Positions 37,504 to 47,343 of a stretch of 49,538 nucleotides of DNA are shown here, in pieces. The stretch spans positions 1-49,538 of the forward strand of contig JAEEKV010000154.1 in the NCBI GenBank assembly GCA_016282595.1, written 5' to 3'. This DNA comes from Lachnospiraceae bacterium (GTDB lineage: Bacteria; Bacillota; Clostridia; Lachnospirales; Lachnospiraceae). Positions within the stretch are counted from its first letter, which is position 1. Every line of letters starts with the position of its first letter. The position numbers and the translations under genes are program-made. The notes under the pieces are model-generated. The model was not told the DNA's origin. It saw nothing but the letters and a program-made list of their open reading frames with translations, and ran no database searches.

Positions 37504-40305
37504 TTACTTGCCGGCATTGTATGCTTTCTTGGCTTCCTCTATACCTGCCTTCAGTCCTGCAAGTCCTGCCTTTGCAGCTTCCACGCTTGCATCGGCCAGA
37601 TCCTTTGCGATGGCCTGTGCCTTATCGGCTGCATCCTTCAGACCTGCTTTCAGATCTTCGTCGATCACGCTCTTCTTTTCCTTTTTCTCGTTGATGGCTG
37701 CCTGTGCTGCTGCCAGTCTTGCGATGGGTACACGGAAAGGTGAACAGGAAACATAGGTCAGACCCACCTTGTGGCAGAACTCTACGGAAGAAGGATCTCC
37801 GCCGTGCTCGCCGCAGATACCAAGCTTGATGTTCGGACGAACCTTGCGTCCCTTCTTGGCTGCCATTGCAACAAGCTGTCCGACGCCGTTCTGATCCAGT
37901 CTTGCAAAAGGATCGGACTCGTAGATCTTTTTCTTGTAGTACTCCTCCAAAAACTTCCCTGCGTCATCACGGGAGAAGACGAAGGTCATCTGGGTCAGGT
38001 CGTTGGTACCGAAGGAGAAGAACTCAGCCTCCTCTGCGATCTCGTCAGCCAGAAGGGCTGCTCTCGGGATCTCGATCATGGTACCGATGTGATATTCGAT
38101 GTCGGAATTCTTTTCCGCCTTAACCTGCTCAGCAGTCTCAACCACAACGTCCTTTACATATTTCAACTCTTTCTTTTCGCCCACCAGCGGGATCATGATC
38201 TCAGGCTCGATATCATATCCTTTTTCTGCCTTTACTTCGATGGCTGCTTCCATCACAGCTCTGGTCTGCATCTTGGCGATCTCCGGATAGGTCACTGCCA
38301 GACGGCATCCGCGGTGTCCCATCATGGGGTTGAACTCATGGAGGGAATCGCAGATCTCCTGTACCTGCTCAGCGCTCATCATCATCTGTACTGCCAGATC
38401 GTCGATATCGGCAGGATCGCTGGGAACGAACTCATGCAGCGGCGGATCTAAGAAACGGATGGTGACCGGACGGCCTTCCATGGTCTCGTACAGCGCCTTG
38501 AAATCACCCTTCTGGAAGGGGATCAGTGCATTGAGTGCCTTTTCTCTCTGCTCTACGGTCTGAGAAAGGATCATCTGACGGATCTTGGGGATACGATCGG
38601 GATTGAAGAACATATGCTCCGTTCTGCAAAGACCGATACCCTCTGCACCGTAGCGTACTGCATTGGCTGCATCCTCGGGAGTATCCGCATTGGTGCGAAC
38701 CTGCAGTCTTCTGAACTTATCGGCCCACTCCATGATCCGGCCGAAGTTACCGGAAACGGAAGCCTCTACGGTCTTGATATCACCGTAGTAGATCTTACCT
38801 GTGGAACCGTCAAGGGAAATGTAATCGCCCTGGTGGATGGTCTTTCCGCCAAGCTCGAATACCTTGTCATCTTCACTGATGGAAATCTCGCCGCAACCGG
38901 ATACACAGCAGGTACCCATTCCTCTTGCGACTACGGCTGCATGGGAAGTCATTCCGCCGCGAACGGTCAGAACACCTTCGGAAGCGTGCATACCTTCAAT
39001 ATCCTCGGGAGAGGTCTCCAGACGAACCAGGATGGTTCTCTCGCCTCTGCTCTCATGTGCAACCTTGGCATCCTGTGCGGTAAAATAAACCTTACCTGCA
39101 GCAGCTCCCGGAGAAGCGGGAAGGGCCTGGCCGATGCACTCACCATTCTTCAAAGCTTCGGGATCGAAGGTAGGATGCAGCAGCTGATCTAAGGATTTTG
39201 CCTCGATACGAAGTACTGCTTCCTCTTCCGTGATCTTGCCCTCATCTACCAGATCGCAGGCGATCTGCAGGGCTGCCTGAGCGGTTCTCTTACCGCTTCT
39301 GGTCTGCAGGAAGTACAGCTTGCCTTCCTCGATGGTAAACTCCATATCCTGCATATCTCTGTAGTGATCTTCCAGCTTGTTTGCGATCTCTATGAACTTC
39401 GCAAAGCACTCGGGAAGGTCTTCCTCTAACTTGGTGATGGGCTGGGGTGTTCTGATACCTGCAACCACGTCCTCGCCCTGAGCGTTGATGAGGTACTCAC
39501 CAAAGATACCCTTGTCGCCGGTAGCGGGGTTTCTGGTAAATGCCACACCGGTACCGGAGGTGTTACCCATGTTACCGAATACCATAGACTGTACGTTTAC
39601 AGCCGTACCCCAGTCACCGGGGATATCGTTCATACGACGATAAACGATGGCTCTTTCATTGTCCCAGGAACGGAATACTGCTTTTACAGCTTCCATAAGC
39701 TGTACCTTGGGATCCTGAGGGAAATCCTCTCCCATCTTGTCCTTGTAAATGGATTTGAACTTGCCGATAACTTCCTTCAGATCCTCGGCAGTCAGATCCA
39801 TATCATATTTCACACCCTTAGCTTCCTTGATCTCATCAAGGACTCTCTCGAACAGAGACTTGGGAACCTCCATTACCACGTCAGAGAACATCTGGATGAA
39901 TCTGCGGTAGGAGTCATAAGCAAATCTGGGATTCCCGGTCTTTCCTGCAAAGCCTTCTACGGAAACATCATTCAGACCCAGGTTCAGGATGGTGTCCATC
40001 ATACCCGGCATGGATGCCCGTGCTCCGGAACGAACGGAAACCAAAAGGGGATTTTCCGTATCACCGAACTTCTTGCCCTGCTTCTCTTCCAAAACTACCA
40101 GTTCGTCAAAGATCTGCTTCTGGATCTCTTCAGAGATCTTCTTGCCCTGCTTGTAATAATCCGTACAAGCCTGGGTGGTTACGGTAAAGCCCTGGGGGAT
40201 CGGCAGACCGAGATTGGTCATTTCTGCCAGATTGGCTCCTTTTCCTCCGAGAAGCTCCCGCATGTTAGCGTTGCCTTCCTCAAAACGATACACAAATTTA
40301 GACAT
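37504..40305 (-). CDS. ppdK: Pyruvate, phosphate dikinase with a C-terminal Ala/Lys-rich extension of about 59 aa
   Basis: MSKFVYRFEEGNANMRELLGGKGANLAEM, the phospho-His region GGMTSHAAVVARGMG and the PEP/pyruvate domain CGEHGGDP. The canonical end ..PFRVPIARLAAAQAAI is followed by 59 extra residues. Confidence 0.95.
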   Translation of the reverse strand: MSKFVYRFEEGNANMRELLGGKGANLAEMTNLGLPIPQGFTVTTQACTDYYKQGKKISEEIQKQIFDELVVLEEKQGKKFGDTENPLLVSVRSGARASMPGMMDTILNLGLNDVSVEGFAGKTGNPRFAYDSYRRFIQMFSDVVMEVPKSLFERVLDEIKEAKGVKYDMDLTAEDLKEVIGKFKSIYKDKMGEDFPQDPKVQLMEAVKAVFRSWDNERAIVYRRMNDIPGDWGTAVNVQSMVFGNMGNTSGTGVAFTRNPATGDKGIFGEYLINAQGEDVVAGIRTPQPITKLEEDLPECFAKFIEIANKLEDHYRDMQDMEFTIEEGKLYFLQTRSGKRTAQAALQIACDLVDEGKITEEEAVLRIEAKSLDQLLHPTFDPEALKNGECIGQALPASPGAAAGKVYFTAQDAKVAHESRGERTILVRLETSPEDIEGMHASEGVLTVRGGMTSHAAVVARGMGTCCVSGCGEISISEDDKVFELGGKTIHQGDYISLDGSTGKIYYGDIKTVEASVSGNFGRIMEWADKFRRLQVRTNADTPEDAANAVRYGAEGIGLCRTEHMFFNPDRIPKIRQMILSQTVEQREKALNALIPFQKGDFKALYETMEGRPVTIRFLDPPLHEFVPSDPADIDDLAVQMMMSAEQVQEICDSLHEFNPMMGHRGCRLAVTYPEIAKMQTRAVMEAAIEVKAEKGYDIEPEIMIPLVGEKKELKYVKDVVVETAEQVKAEKNSDIEYHIGTMIEIPRAALLADEIAEEAEFFSFGTNDLTQMTFVFSRDDAGKFLEEYYKKKIYESDPFARLDQNGVGQLVAMAAKKGRKVRPNIKLGICGEHGGDPSSVEFCHKVGLTYVSCSPFRVPIARLAAAQAAINEKKEKKSVIDEDLKAGLKDAADKAQAIAKDLADASVEAAKAGLAGLKAGIEEAKKAYNAGK

Positions 40306-40531
40306 AACAATGTCCCCCTTAAATAAAGATTTTAAGGCGCTTAGAAATAAGAACCCAATACTCTATTAGTATAACAGACAAACTGTGTTCGCGCACGCTA
40401 ATAATTTTGGCACAATGCACAAAAATTTTCACCTTTTTTGTGGGTTTTTTCGGCAAGTTAAATGCTATCATAGGAACATCGGCTCCCAATGTATATGGCG
40501 GCCGCAAAACATCTTACAGGAGGACAACGAT

Positions 40532-41053
40532 ATGGCACAAAATCCCATCGTTACCATTACTATGGAAAACGGAAATGTGATAAAGGCAGAGCTCTATCCC
40601 GACATCGCTCCCAATTCCGTAAACAACTTCATCAGTCTCATTCAGAAAAAGTTTTATGACGGACTGATCTTTCACCGGGTGATCCGGGGCTTTATGATCC
40701 AGGGAGGATGTCCCGACGGCATCGGTACCGGAGGACCGGGCTACAGCATTCCCGGAGAGTTTGCCCAGAACGGCTTTGTCAATGAGCTGCGTCACACCGA
40801 GGGTGTTTTATCCATGGCAAGAGCACAGCATCCGGATTCTGCAGGCAGCCAGTTTTTCATTATGCACAAAACCTCTCCTCATCTGGACGGGGCTTATGCT
40901 GCTTTCGGAAAAGTCATTGAAGGAATGGAATTCGTGGATGAGATCGCAGAGACTGCGACGGATTATATGGATCGGCCCTTGGAGGATCAGAAGATCGCTT
41001 CCATGACCGTAGATACCTTCGGGGTAGAATATCCCGAACCTGAGAAGGCATAA
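40532..41053 (+). CDS. ppiB: Cyclophilin-type peptidyl-prolyl cis-trans isomerase
   Basis: The start is trimmed to ATG 40532 (CAGGAGGACAACGAT-ATG). Signature blocks are FHRVIRGFMIQGG, SMARAQHPDSAGSQFFI. Confidence 0.9.
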   Translation: MAQNPIVTITMENGNVIKAELYPDIAPNSVNNFISLIQKKFYDGLIFHRVIRGFMIQGGCPDGIGTGGPGYSIPGEFAQNGFVNELRHTEGVLSMARAQHPDSAGSQFFIMHKTSPHLDGAYAAFGKVIEGMEFVDEIAETATDYMDRPLEDQKIASMTVDTFGVEYPEPEKA

Positions 41054-41247
41054 GTACTGTCGTTCAAAGTTTGTTAACATTTTATTTAACAAAACTTAAT
41101 TCACATAACATGGTTTGTACACGAACCCCTGTTAAAGTGATATACATAGAACGATTTGTACTTTATACTTTTTCATAAAGATGCCGGGTGAAAACCCCTT
41201 TTCACCCGGATCTCCTCCCAAGATAGAGTTTCATTATCTCCTTTCAC

Positions 41248-41281
41248 CGTGAGCAGGGTGACGCCTGCTCACGATTTTTTT
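41248..41281 (+). terminator. Strong plus-strand Rho-independent terminator about 195 nt after the ppiB stop
   Basis: cgtgagcagg-gtgacg-cctgctcacg (10 bp) followed by attttttt. Confidence 0.7.
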
Positions 41282-41289
41282 GTAAAACT

Positions 41290-42201
41290 CTAACTTTCCT
41301 TTTTCTTCTGCGGTACCATAATGGTAACTGCCTGTCTGTTATTTACCACTGTCACCTTGGTATGATCCCCGCCGTATTCTCCGTCCAGAGTCCAGGCCAC
41401 AGGGGTATCGGATTCAAATTCAATGCGTCCCGTCTTAAAGCAATAGATCATATGGGTATCGATCCTGCCGCTGACCAGAGCCACCATGATCTCATTCAGC
41501 TCTATAACGTTGGCGGGCTTTTTGATCAGGGTCACTTCAAAGACGCCGTCATCCAAAAGTACATTGCTCCCGGTGATATTCTGGAAGCCGCCTACGGAAA
41601 CGGAGTTGGTGATCATGCCGTACAAAAACTCATCCTCAATGAGCATGTTGTTGGCCCGGATCCGGAAACGGTAGGAGGGATAGGATCCCACCCGCTTGGC
41701 ACCCTCCAAGATATAAGCCATATGTCCCAGGATATTTTTCATCTGCTGGTCCGTTTCATAGGAGACGTCCGTAAACAGACCGAAAGCGGCGATATACACA
41801 AAGGGATCATTCTGAAAACAGCCGATGTCCGTTTGAAAGGCCTCGCCCTTTACCACGGTCTTTGCCGCCTGCAGCATATTGGCCTGGATCCCCAGACTCT
41901 TTGCAAAATCATTGGTGGAGCCTGCCGGAATGTAGCCGATGGGAATTTTGTGCTTGCGCTTCATCATTCCCGTAACCACTTCATCCAAGGTACCGTCTCC
42001 GCCGCTGCAAACCAGAAGATCATACTCCGGCGCATCCTCCGCCGTCTTCTTGGTGGCATCCTTGGGCTTTTGGGTCGGAAAAACCGTAACCTCATAATGG
42101 GCCTGGGCAAACACATCCAGGATATCCGCCAGGGTCTGCTTGATCATGGCTCTTCCCGCATGGGGATTGTAAATAAACAAAACCTTTTTACTGACTTTCA
42201 C
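41290..42201 (-). CDS. dagK: Diacylglycerol/lipid kinase (DagK/YegS family)
   Basis: LFIYNPHAGR and CSGGDGTLDEV. The start is moved to GTG 42201 (AGAGGAAAAAAC-GTG). Confidence 0.85.
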   Translation of the reverse strand: MKVSKKVLFIYNPHAGRAMIKQTLADILDVFAQAHYEVTVFPTQKPKDATKKTAEDAPEYDLLVCSGGDGTLDEVVTGMMKRKHKIPIGYIPAGSTNDFAKSLGIQANMLQAAKTVVKGEAFQTDIGCFQNDPFVYIAAFGLFTDVSYETDQQMKNILGHMAYILEGAKRVGSYPSYRFRIRANNMLIEDEFLYGMITNSVSVGGFQNITGSNVLLDDGVFEVTLIKKPANVIELNEIMVALVSGRIDTHMIYCFKTGRIEFESDTPVAWTLDGEYGGDHTKVTVVNNRQAVTIMVPQKKKES

Positions 42202-42282
42202 GTTTTTTCCTCTTTTGGAAAGGGCCGCTCCCATCCGGGTGCGGCCCTTCGTTTCGGTGATCTAACCTACTGTTATCGATTT

Positions 42283-42543
42283 TTATGCTTCCTGACCTGA
42301 GAGATACAGCTCCAGCTTTTCCACAGCCTTATCCTCATCGGGACCGTCAGCTTCTACCTTAACCTCTTCTCCCATGTTCAGTCCGAGACTCATCATTCCC
42401 ATGATGCTCTTTGCGTTAACTCTCTTTCCTTCTGAGTGAAGATAGATCGTACTCTCATACATGCTCGCCTTTTGTACCAGCATAGCGACCGGACGGGCTT
42501 CCAGTCCTTTTTCGAGCTGAATGGTAACAGTTTTCTCAGTCAT
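42283..42543 (-). CDS. crh: HPr-like phosphocarrier paralogue (Crh-like), with Ser46 present and His15 replaced by Glu
   Basis: KGLEARPVAMLV replaces the canonical GIHARPA (Glu15 codon = 42499-42501). NAKSIMGMMSLG retains the HprK-targeted serine. Confidence 0.85.
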   Translation of the reverse strand: MTEKTVTIQLEKGLEARPVAMLVQKASMYESTIYLHSEGKRVNAKSIMGMMSLGLNMGEEVKVEADGPDEDKAVEKLELYLSGQEA

Positions 42544-42607
42544 AGCTCCTCCTACATCGTCAAATCATGCTTTCCCAAACCCATTACCCGTTTTGCTATC
42601 GTCTTTG

Positions 42608-43540
42608 CTATCTTAACCGCTCCGCTGCCAAAGAGAGCTTCCGCAATCTATGGTTGACCCCGGATTTCCCCACCGGCGGGTCAGCCAGCTTCCCCAATTC
42701 CTCCAAGGATGCTTCCGGATTCTCCAGTCTGATATAGGCCATCTGCCGAAGTGATGGTGACAGAGATGAAAGTCCCACCGTTTTCTCGATCAGCTGGATA
42801 TCCTCCACCTGTCTTGCTGCAGCCGTTACCGTTTTGGAGATATTGGCTGCTTCACAGTTGACCTTCCGGTTGATACGCCCCCGCATATCCTTATAGATCC
42901 TTGTGTTTTCAAATTCCAAAAGTGCCTTTCCCGCATCCACAACCTTCAGAAAATCCGCGATGCCTTCGCCGTCCTTCAGATAGACAACATCGTGATTCTT
43001 GCGAAGGATCTGCTTGCCTTCCAGATCAAAATCCCCCATGAGGCTTTTAATCTGCTGAGCGGTTTCTTTTGTGGCCACGGCCAGCTCCAGATGATATCCC
43101 TTGGAGGGATCGCTCATGGAACCGCAGGCTAAAAAATAACCCCGTAGTGCTGCCCGCCTGCAACAGCTTGATTTGATCAGTCTTTCATCAACACATCGCT
43201 TCAGGGGATCCTCCAGCTTTAAGACGCCGCATAGCTCCGAAAGCTGTTTTTCACCTGCCACAGTCAGCTGATAAAAAGTGCCGGATCTGCCTTCCTGCTG
43301 CTTTTTATGAATGCTGCGGACTTTCACACCAATCTCTACTTTAAGACTTTTCTCCAGTAATGTAAAGCATTTTCTTGCCACAAATACATTTTCCGTCGAT
43401 AATACAAGGGTTTTTTGCCCTTCCAAAGGCTCCCATCTGGCCAGGGCCGTAAGGAGAGCAGCCAGCTCTGCCAGCTGACAATGCCGCTGTTTCGGGGTAT
43501 GGTCTTTAAGCTCTGATTTGATCTGCGTTGAAAATGACAT
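42608..43540 (-). CDS. whiA: DNA-binding sporulation/cell-division regulator WhiA
   Basis: MSFSTQIKSEL.. is followed by degenerate LAGLIDADG-like halves and a C-terminal HTH (VGKSGVNHRLRKL). Confidence 0.9.
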   Translation of the reverse strand: MSFSTQIKSELKDHTPKQRHCQLAELAALLTALARWEPLEGQKTLVLSTENVFVARKCFTLLEKSLKVEIGVKVRSIHKKQQEGRSGTFYQLTVAGEKQLSELCGVLKLEDPLKRCVDERLIKSSCCRRAALRGYFLACGSMSDPSKGYHLELAVATKETAQQIKSLMGDFDLEGKQILRKNHDVVYLKDGEGIADFLKVVDAGKALLEFENTRIYKDMRGRINRKVNCEAANISKTVTAAARQVEDIQLIEKTVGLSSLSPSLRQMAYIRLENPEASLEELGKLADPPVGKSGVNHRLRKLSLAAERLR

Positions 43541-43549
43541 CCCTATCCC

Positions 43550-44416
43550 TTACCTGCTTCTTTCAATGTCCCTGTGTACCAGGGTAAGACCGTAGTTTGC
43601 CCCGTTTTTCAGGCGCTCATAAAGCTTCCCTGCCAGGGTCACCGAGCGGTGTTTTCCTCCGGTACAGCCAATGCCCACCACCAGACGGTACTTTCCCTCC
43701 TTCACATAGTTGGGGATCAAAAAGGTGAGCATATCCGACAGTTTTTCCAAAAAGGCTTCTGCCTCGGGGAAGGAGAGCACGTAATCCGCCACCTCCTGAT
43801 CCAGTCCCGTTTTATGCTTCAGCTCCTCGATATAGAAGGGATTGGGCAAAAAGCGAACGTCGAAAACCAGATCCGCATCTGTGGGCAGTCCATGTTTAAA
43901 ACCGAAGGATACGATGGAAACCATCAGGGAATTGTAATCCTCGCTCTTGACAAAGATCCGCTCCAGCTCGCTTTTCAGATCCCTTGTCAAAAGGGAAGAG
44001 GTATCAAAGACATAATCCGCGCGCTGGCGGATATCCTTTAAGATCTGTCGCTCCTTATGAATGCTGTCGGCAAGGGCGCCGCTTTCCACCTCGATGGGGT
44101 GCTTACGCCTGGTCTCCTTATACCGGCGGATCAGGGTCTCATCGGAAGCATCCATAAACAACACTTCATAGGAAAGGTTCTGGTCCTCCAGCTCTTTCAA
44201 GACCTTTCGGATATCCCCGAAGGTTTTGACCGAGCGTACATCCAGTCCCACCGCCACCTTCTGGATCTCGTTGCCGGGAGAGGCAAGGAGGGCACCGAAG
44301 GTAGGCATCAGAGGCACGGGCAGATTATCCACACAGTAATAGCCCACATCCTCAAGCATCTTCATGGCGGTGGCTTTTCCGCCGCCGCTCATTCCTGTGA
44401 CTACAATAAAACGCAT
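43550..44416 (-). CDS. rapZ: RNase adapter / nucleotide-binding protein RapZ (YvcJ)
   Basis: VVTGMSGGGKATA is the Walker A motif. FDVRFLPNPFY and GCTGGKHRSV are also present. Confidence 0.9.
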   Translation of the reverse strand: MRFIVVTGMSGGGKATAMKMLEDVGYYCVDNLPVPLMPTFGALLASPGNEIQKVAVGLDVRSVKTFGDIRKVLKELEDQNLSYEVLFMDASDETLIRRYKETRRKHPIEVESGALADSIHKERQILKDIRQRADYVFDTSSLLTRDLKSELERIFVKSEDYNSLMVSIVSFGFKHGLPTDADLVFDVRFLPNPFYIEELKHKTGLDQEVADYVLSFPEAEAFLEKLSDMLTFLIPNYVKEGKYRLVVGIGCTGGKHRSVTLAGKLYERLKNGANYGLTLVHRDIERSR

Positions 44417-44429
44417 CTTGTATATCCTT

Positions 44430-45368
44430 TCAGAATTCGCCGATCCGGATCACTTCCGGCTCCAGGCGAACACCAAGCTGTTTTTTCACTCTGCTTTGGA
44501 TCTCCTCCATCAGCTCCGTCACATCCTCTGCCGTGGCGTTTCCGATGTTGATGATAAAACCGCAATGCTTTTCCGAAACCTGGGCGTCTCCCACCCGAAG
44601 GCCCCGAAGTCCCGCATCCATAATGAGCTTGCCCGCAAAATGTCCCTCGGGCCGTTTGAAGGTGGAGCCTGCGCTGGGATATTCCAAGGGCTGCTTATCC
44701 CTTCTTCGCTGGTTCAGCTCCTCCATTTTGGCAAAGATCTCATCTTTGGGGGCAGGGGTCAAACGCATTTCTGCTTCCACCGCCACAAAGGGACGGTCCT
44801 TGATGATGCTGGTACGGTATCCAAACTCCATGGTATCGTTATCCAGATTCATCTCCTCCCCCATCTGATCCAGCACCTTTACATACCGGATGACCTGCTT
44901 CATCTCTCCGTCATAGGCGCCTGCGTTCATCACGATGGCACCTCCCAGACTGCCGGGAATGCCGGAGGCAAACTCCAGACCGGACAGACCGTTTTCCGCA
45001 GCCACCTTTGCCACCAGCGGCAGAGGCGCCCCTGTCTGTGCAAAGAGGGTATTGCCCTCCACCCGGATGTCTGCCATCTGCTGGGAAAGCTGGAGGATCA
45101 TGCCCCGATAGCCCTTATCTCCCACCAGAAGATTGGTTCCTTTTCCGAGGATGAAATACTCCTGTCCCACCTGGTTACAATACTTCAAAATCTCGGACAG
45201 GGCTTTCTGGGAGGGAACCCTCACAAAGAGATCCGCTTCCCCTCCGATCCGAAAAGAAGTATGTTTACTCATGGGCTCATGTTTTAAAATGTCTTCCGTC
45301 TCAACCCGTTCCTCAAGGAATTCAAGCAGTGCGTGATTCTCTCTCAAGACCGTTTCCTTCCTTCTCAA
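44430..45368 (-). CDS. murB: UDP-N-acetylenolpyruvoylglucosamine reductase
   Basis: HTSFRIGGEADLFV, LGKGTNLLV and GSTFKRP. There is a 4-nt overlap with the glucokinase stop. Confidence 0.9.
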   Translation of the reverse strand: MRRKETVLRENHALLEFLEERVETEDILKHEPMSKHTSFRIGGEADLFVRVPSQKALSEILKYCNQVGQEYFILGKGTNLLVGDKGYRGMILQLSQQMADIRVEGNTLFAQTGAPLPLVAKVAAENGLSGLEFASGIPGSLGGAIVMNAGAYDGEMKQVIRYVKVLDQMGEEMNLDNDTMEFGYRTSIIKDRPFVAVEAEMRLTPAPKDEIFAKMEELNQRRRDKQPLEYPSAGSTFKRPEGHFAGKLIMDAGLRGLRVGDAQVSEKHCGFIINIGNATAEDVTELMEEIQSRVKKQLGVRLEPEVIRIGEF

Positions 45369-46300
45369 TCCAATACCAGTTTTGCCGCACCGAAGATCCC
45401 TGCGTCATTTCCCAGGGTAGCCAGTACGAACTTGGCATCCCGGCTGCCGTGGAACACAACCGGCTTATAGTTTTTCTCGATATAGGAAAGCAGCACGTCT
45501 CCGGCTTTGGAAACGCCGCCTCCGATAACAAAGGCCTGGGGATTTACCACACCTGCAATGGCTGCAAGGCCCTCGCCAAGATACTTACCGAACTGCTCCG
45601 CTACGCGAATGGCTACCTGATCTTTGTCCTTTACCGCATCCCAAACGTCCTTTGCAGTGCATTCTCCGGCCTTTAAAACCGTGGGATCCGTATTCTTTGC
45701 CAGCTCTCTGTTTGCCAGTCTCACAACACCTGTTGCGGAAGCATACTGCTCCAGGCATCCGTGATTGCCGCAGCCGCAGGCCTCAGGCTCACCGTCCTGT
45801 ACATGGATGTGGCCGATCTCACCGCCTGCTCCGGAGCTTCCCGTCAGGATCTGTCCGTCGTTGATGATGCCGCCGCCAACGCCTGTACCCAGGGTTACCA
45901 TTACCAGGGAATCAAAGCCCTTGCCGCCGCCCTGCCACATCTCGCCCAGGGCTGCCACATTGGCATCGTTACCTGCCTTTACCTTCATTCCCGTCATTTC
46001 GGATAAGGTGTCATTGACATTGAAAACATCCCATCCCAGGTTCACGCATCTGTGAACGATACCCTTGCTATCCACAGGGCCCGGAACGCCGATGCCGATG
46101 CCGGCAACATCTTCTTTTGTAATGCTCTTTTCACTGCACTTATCAGCCACTGCCTTTGCAATATCCGGCAGTACGTTCTCGCCGCCGTTTTCCGTTCTTG
46201 TGGGGATCTCCCACTTGTCCAGTACCTGACCGTTTGTATCAAACAGACCCATCTTAATGGTGGTACCACCTACATCTACTCCGAATACAAAGTTTGCCAT
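45365..46300 (-). CDS. glcK: ROK-family glucokinase
   Basis: GVDVGGTTIKMGLF and the ROK Zn motif CGCGNHGCLEQYAS. Confidence 0.85.
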   Translation of the reverse strand: MANFVFGVDVGGTTIKMGLFDTNGQVLDKWEIPTRTENGGENVLPDIAKAVADKCSEKSITKEDVAGIGIGVPGPVDSKGIVHRCVNLGWDVFNVNDTLSEMTGMKVKAGNDANVAALGEMWQGGGKGFDSLVMVTLGTGVGGGIINDGQILTGSSGAGGEIGHIHVQDGEPEACGCGNHGCLEQYASATGVVRLANRELAKNTDPTVLKAGECTAKDVWDAVKDKDQVAIRVAEQFGKYLGEGLAAIAGVVNPQAFVIGGGVSKAGDVLLSYIEKNYKPVVFHGSRDAKFVLATLGNDAGIFGAAKLVLD

Positions 46301-46318
46301 CTTTCTTTTCCTCCTGAT

Positions 46319-47260
46319 TTATTCGTCGTCCTCGTCACGACCCTTTGCAAGTCCCTCCTGGACTCTCTTATACAGCTCCTGGGCAGCGTTGTAGCCCATC
46401 TTCTTCTGACGGTGATTAACGGCTGCGGATTCGCAGATCAGCGCCAGGTTACGTCCGGGACGGATGGGAATGGTGTGGGATGCAACCTTGTTGCCCAGAT
46501 AATCCACATACTCCTCTTCCAGACCCAGTCTGTCATATTCCTTATCCTTGCTCCAGTCCTCGATGCGAATAACAAGATCGATGCTGCTGGTATCCTTAAC
46601 GGCCTGTACACCGAAGAGGGTTTTTACATCCACGATACCGATACCACGAAGCTCGATGAAATGCTTGGTAACGCTGGGTGCCGAACCGATGAGGGTATCG
46701 TCGCTGACCTTTCGGATCTCTACCACGTCATCGGTTACCAGACGGTGGCCTCTTTTAATAAGCTCCAGGGCTGCCTCGGATTTACCGATACCGCTCTCAC
46801 CTGTGATCAGAACGCCCTCACCGAAAACATCCACCAAAACGCCGTGAACGGAAATACAGGGAGCCAGCTTTACATTGAGCCAGCGAATGATCTCCGCGGT
46901 AAAGGTGGAGGTAGCCTTCTTGGTTACCATCAAAGGGATGTTGTGCTCTACGGCTTTTTCCCGAAACAGCGGATCCGGCTGCAGCTCACGGCAGAAAATG
47001 ATCACCGGGATGGGATTGGATAAAAGACGCTCGAAGATCTCTTCCTTTCTCTCTTCGGGAAGACCATTCATATAGGTGTATTCCACGAAGCCGATGATCT
47101 GGACACGGGTTGCCTCATAGTGCTCGAAATAACCTGCCAGCTGCAGCGCCGGACGGTTGATATCGGGCTGGGTAACCTTGATGCCCTTGATGTCGATCTC
47201 AGGCGTTGCGTTTTCCAGTTTGAATTTCTCAATGATACGTGTCAGACTGATACTTGCCAT
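46319..47260 (-). CDS. hprK: HPr kinase/phosphorylase
   Basis: HGVLVDVFGEGVLITGESGIGKSEAALELIKRGHRLVTDD. Confidence 0.92.
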   Translation of the reverse strand: MASISLTRIIEKFKLENATPEIDIKGIKVTQPDINRPALQLAGYFEHYEATRVQIIGFVEYTYMNGLPEERKEEIFERLLSNPIPVIIFCRELQPDPLFREKAVEHNIPLMVTKKATSTFTAEIIRWLNVKLAPCISVHGVLVDVFGEGVLITGESGIGKSEAALELIKRGHRLVTDDVVEIRKVSDDTLIGSAPSVTKHFIELRGIGIVDVKTLFGVQAVKDTSSIDLVIRIEDWSKDKEYDRLGLEEEYVDYLGNKVASHTIPIRPGRNLALICESAAVNHRQKKMGYNAAQELYKRVQEGLAKGRDEDDE

Positions 47261-47343
47261 GGCTGTTCTCCTTTATGCCCATTGGGTATTTACAGTATTT
47301 ACGCTTGTTATGATAACACATTTAAAACCTACCCGCAAATGCC

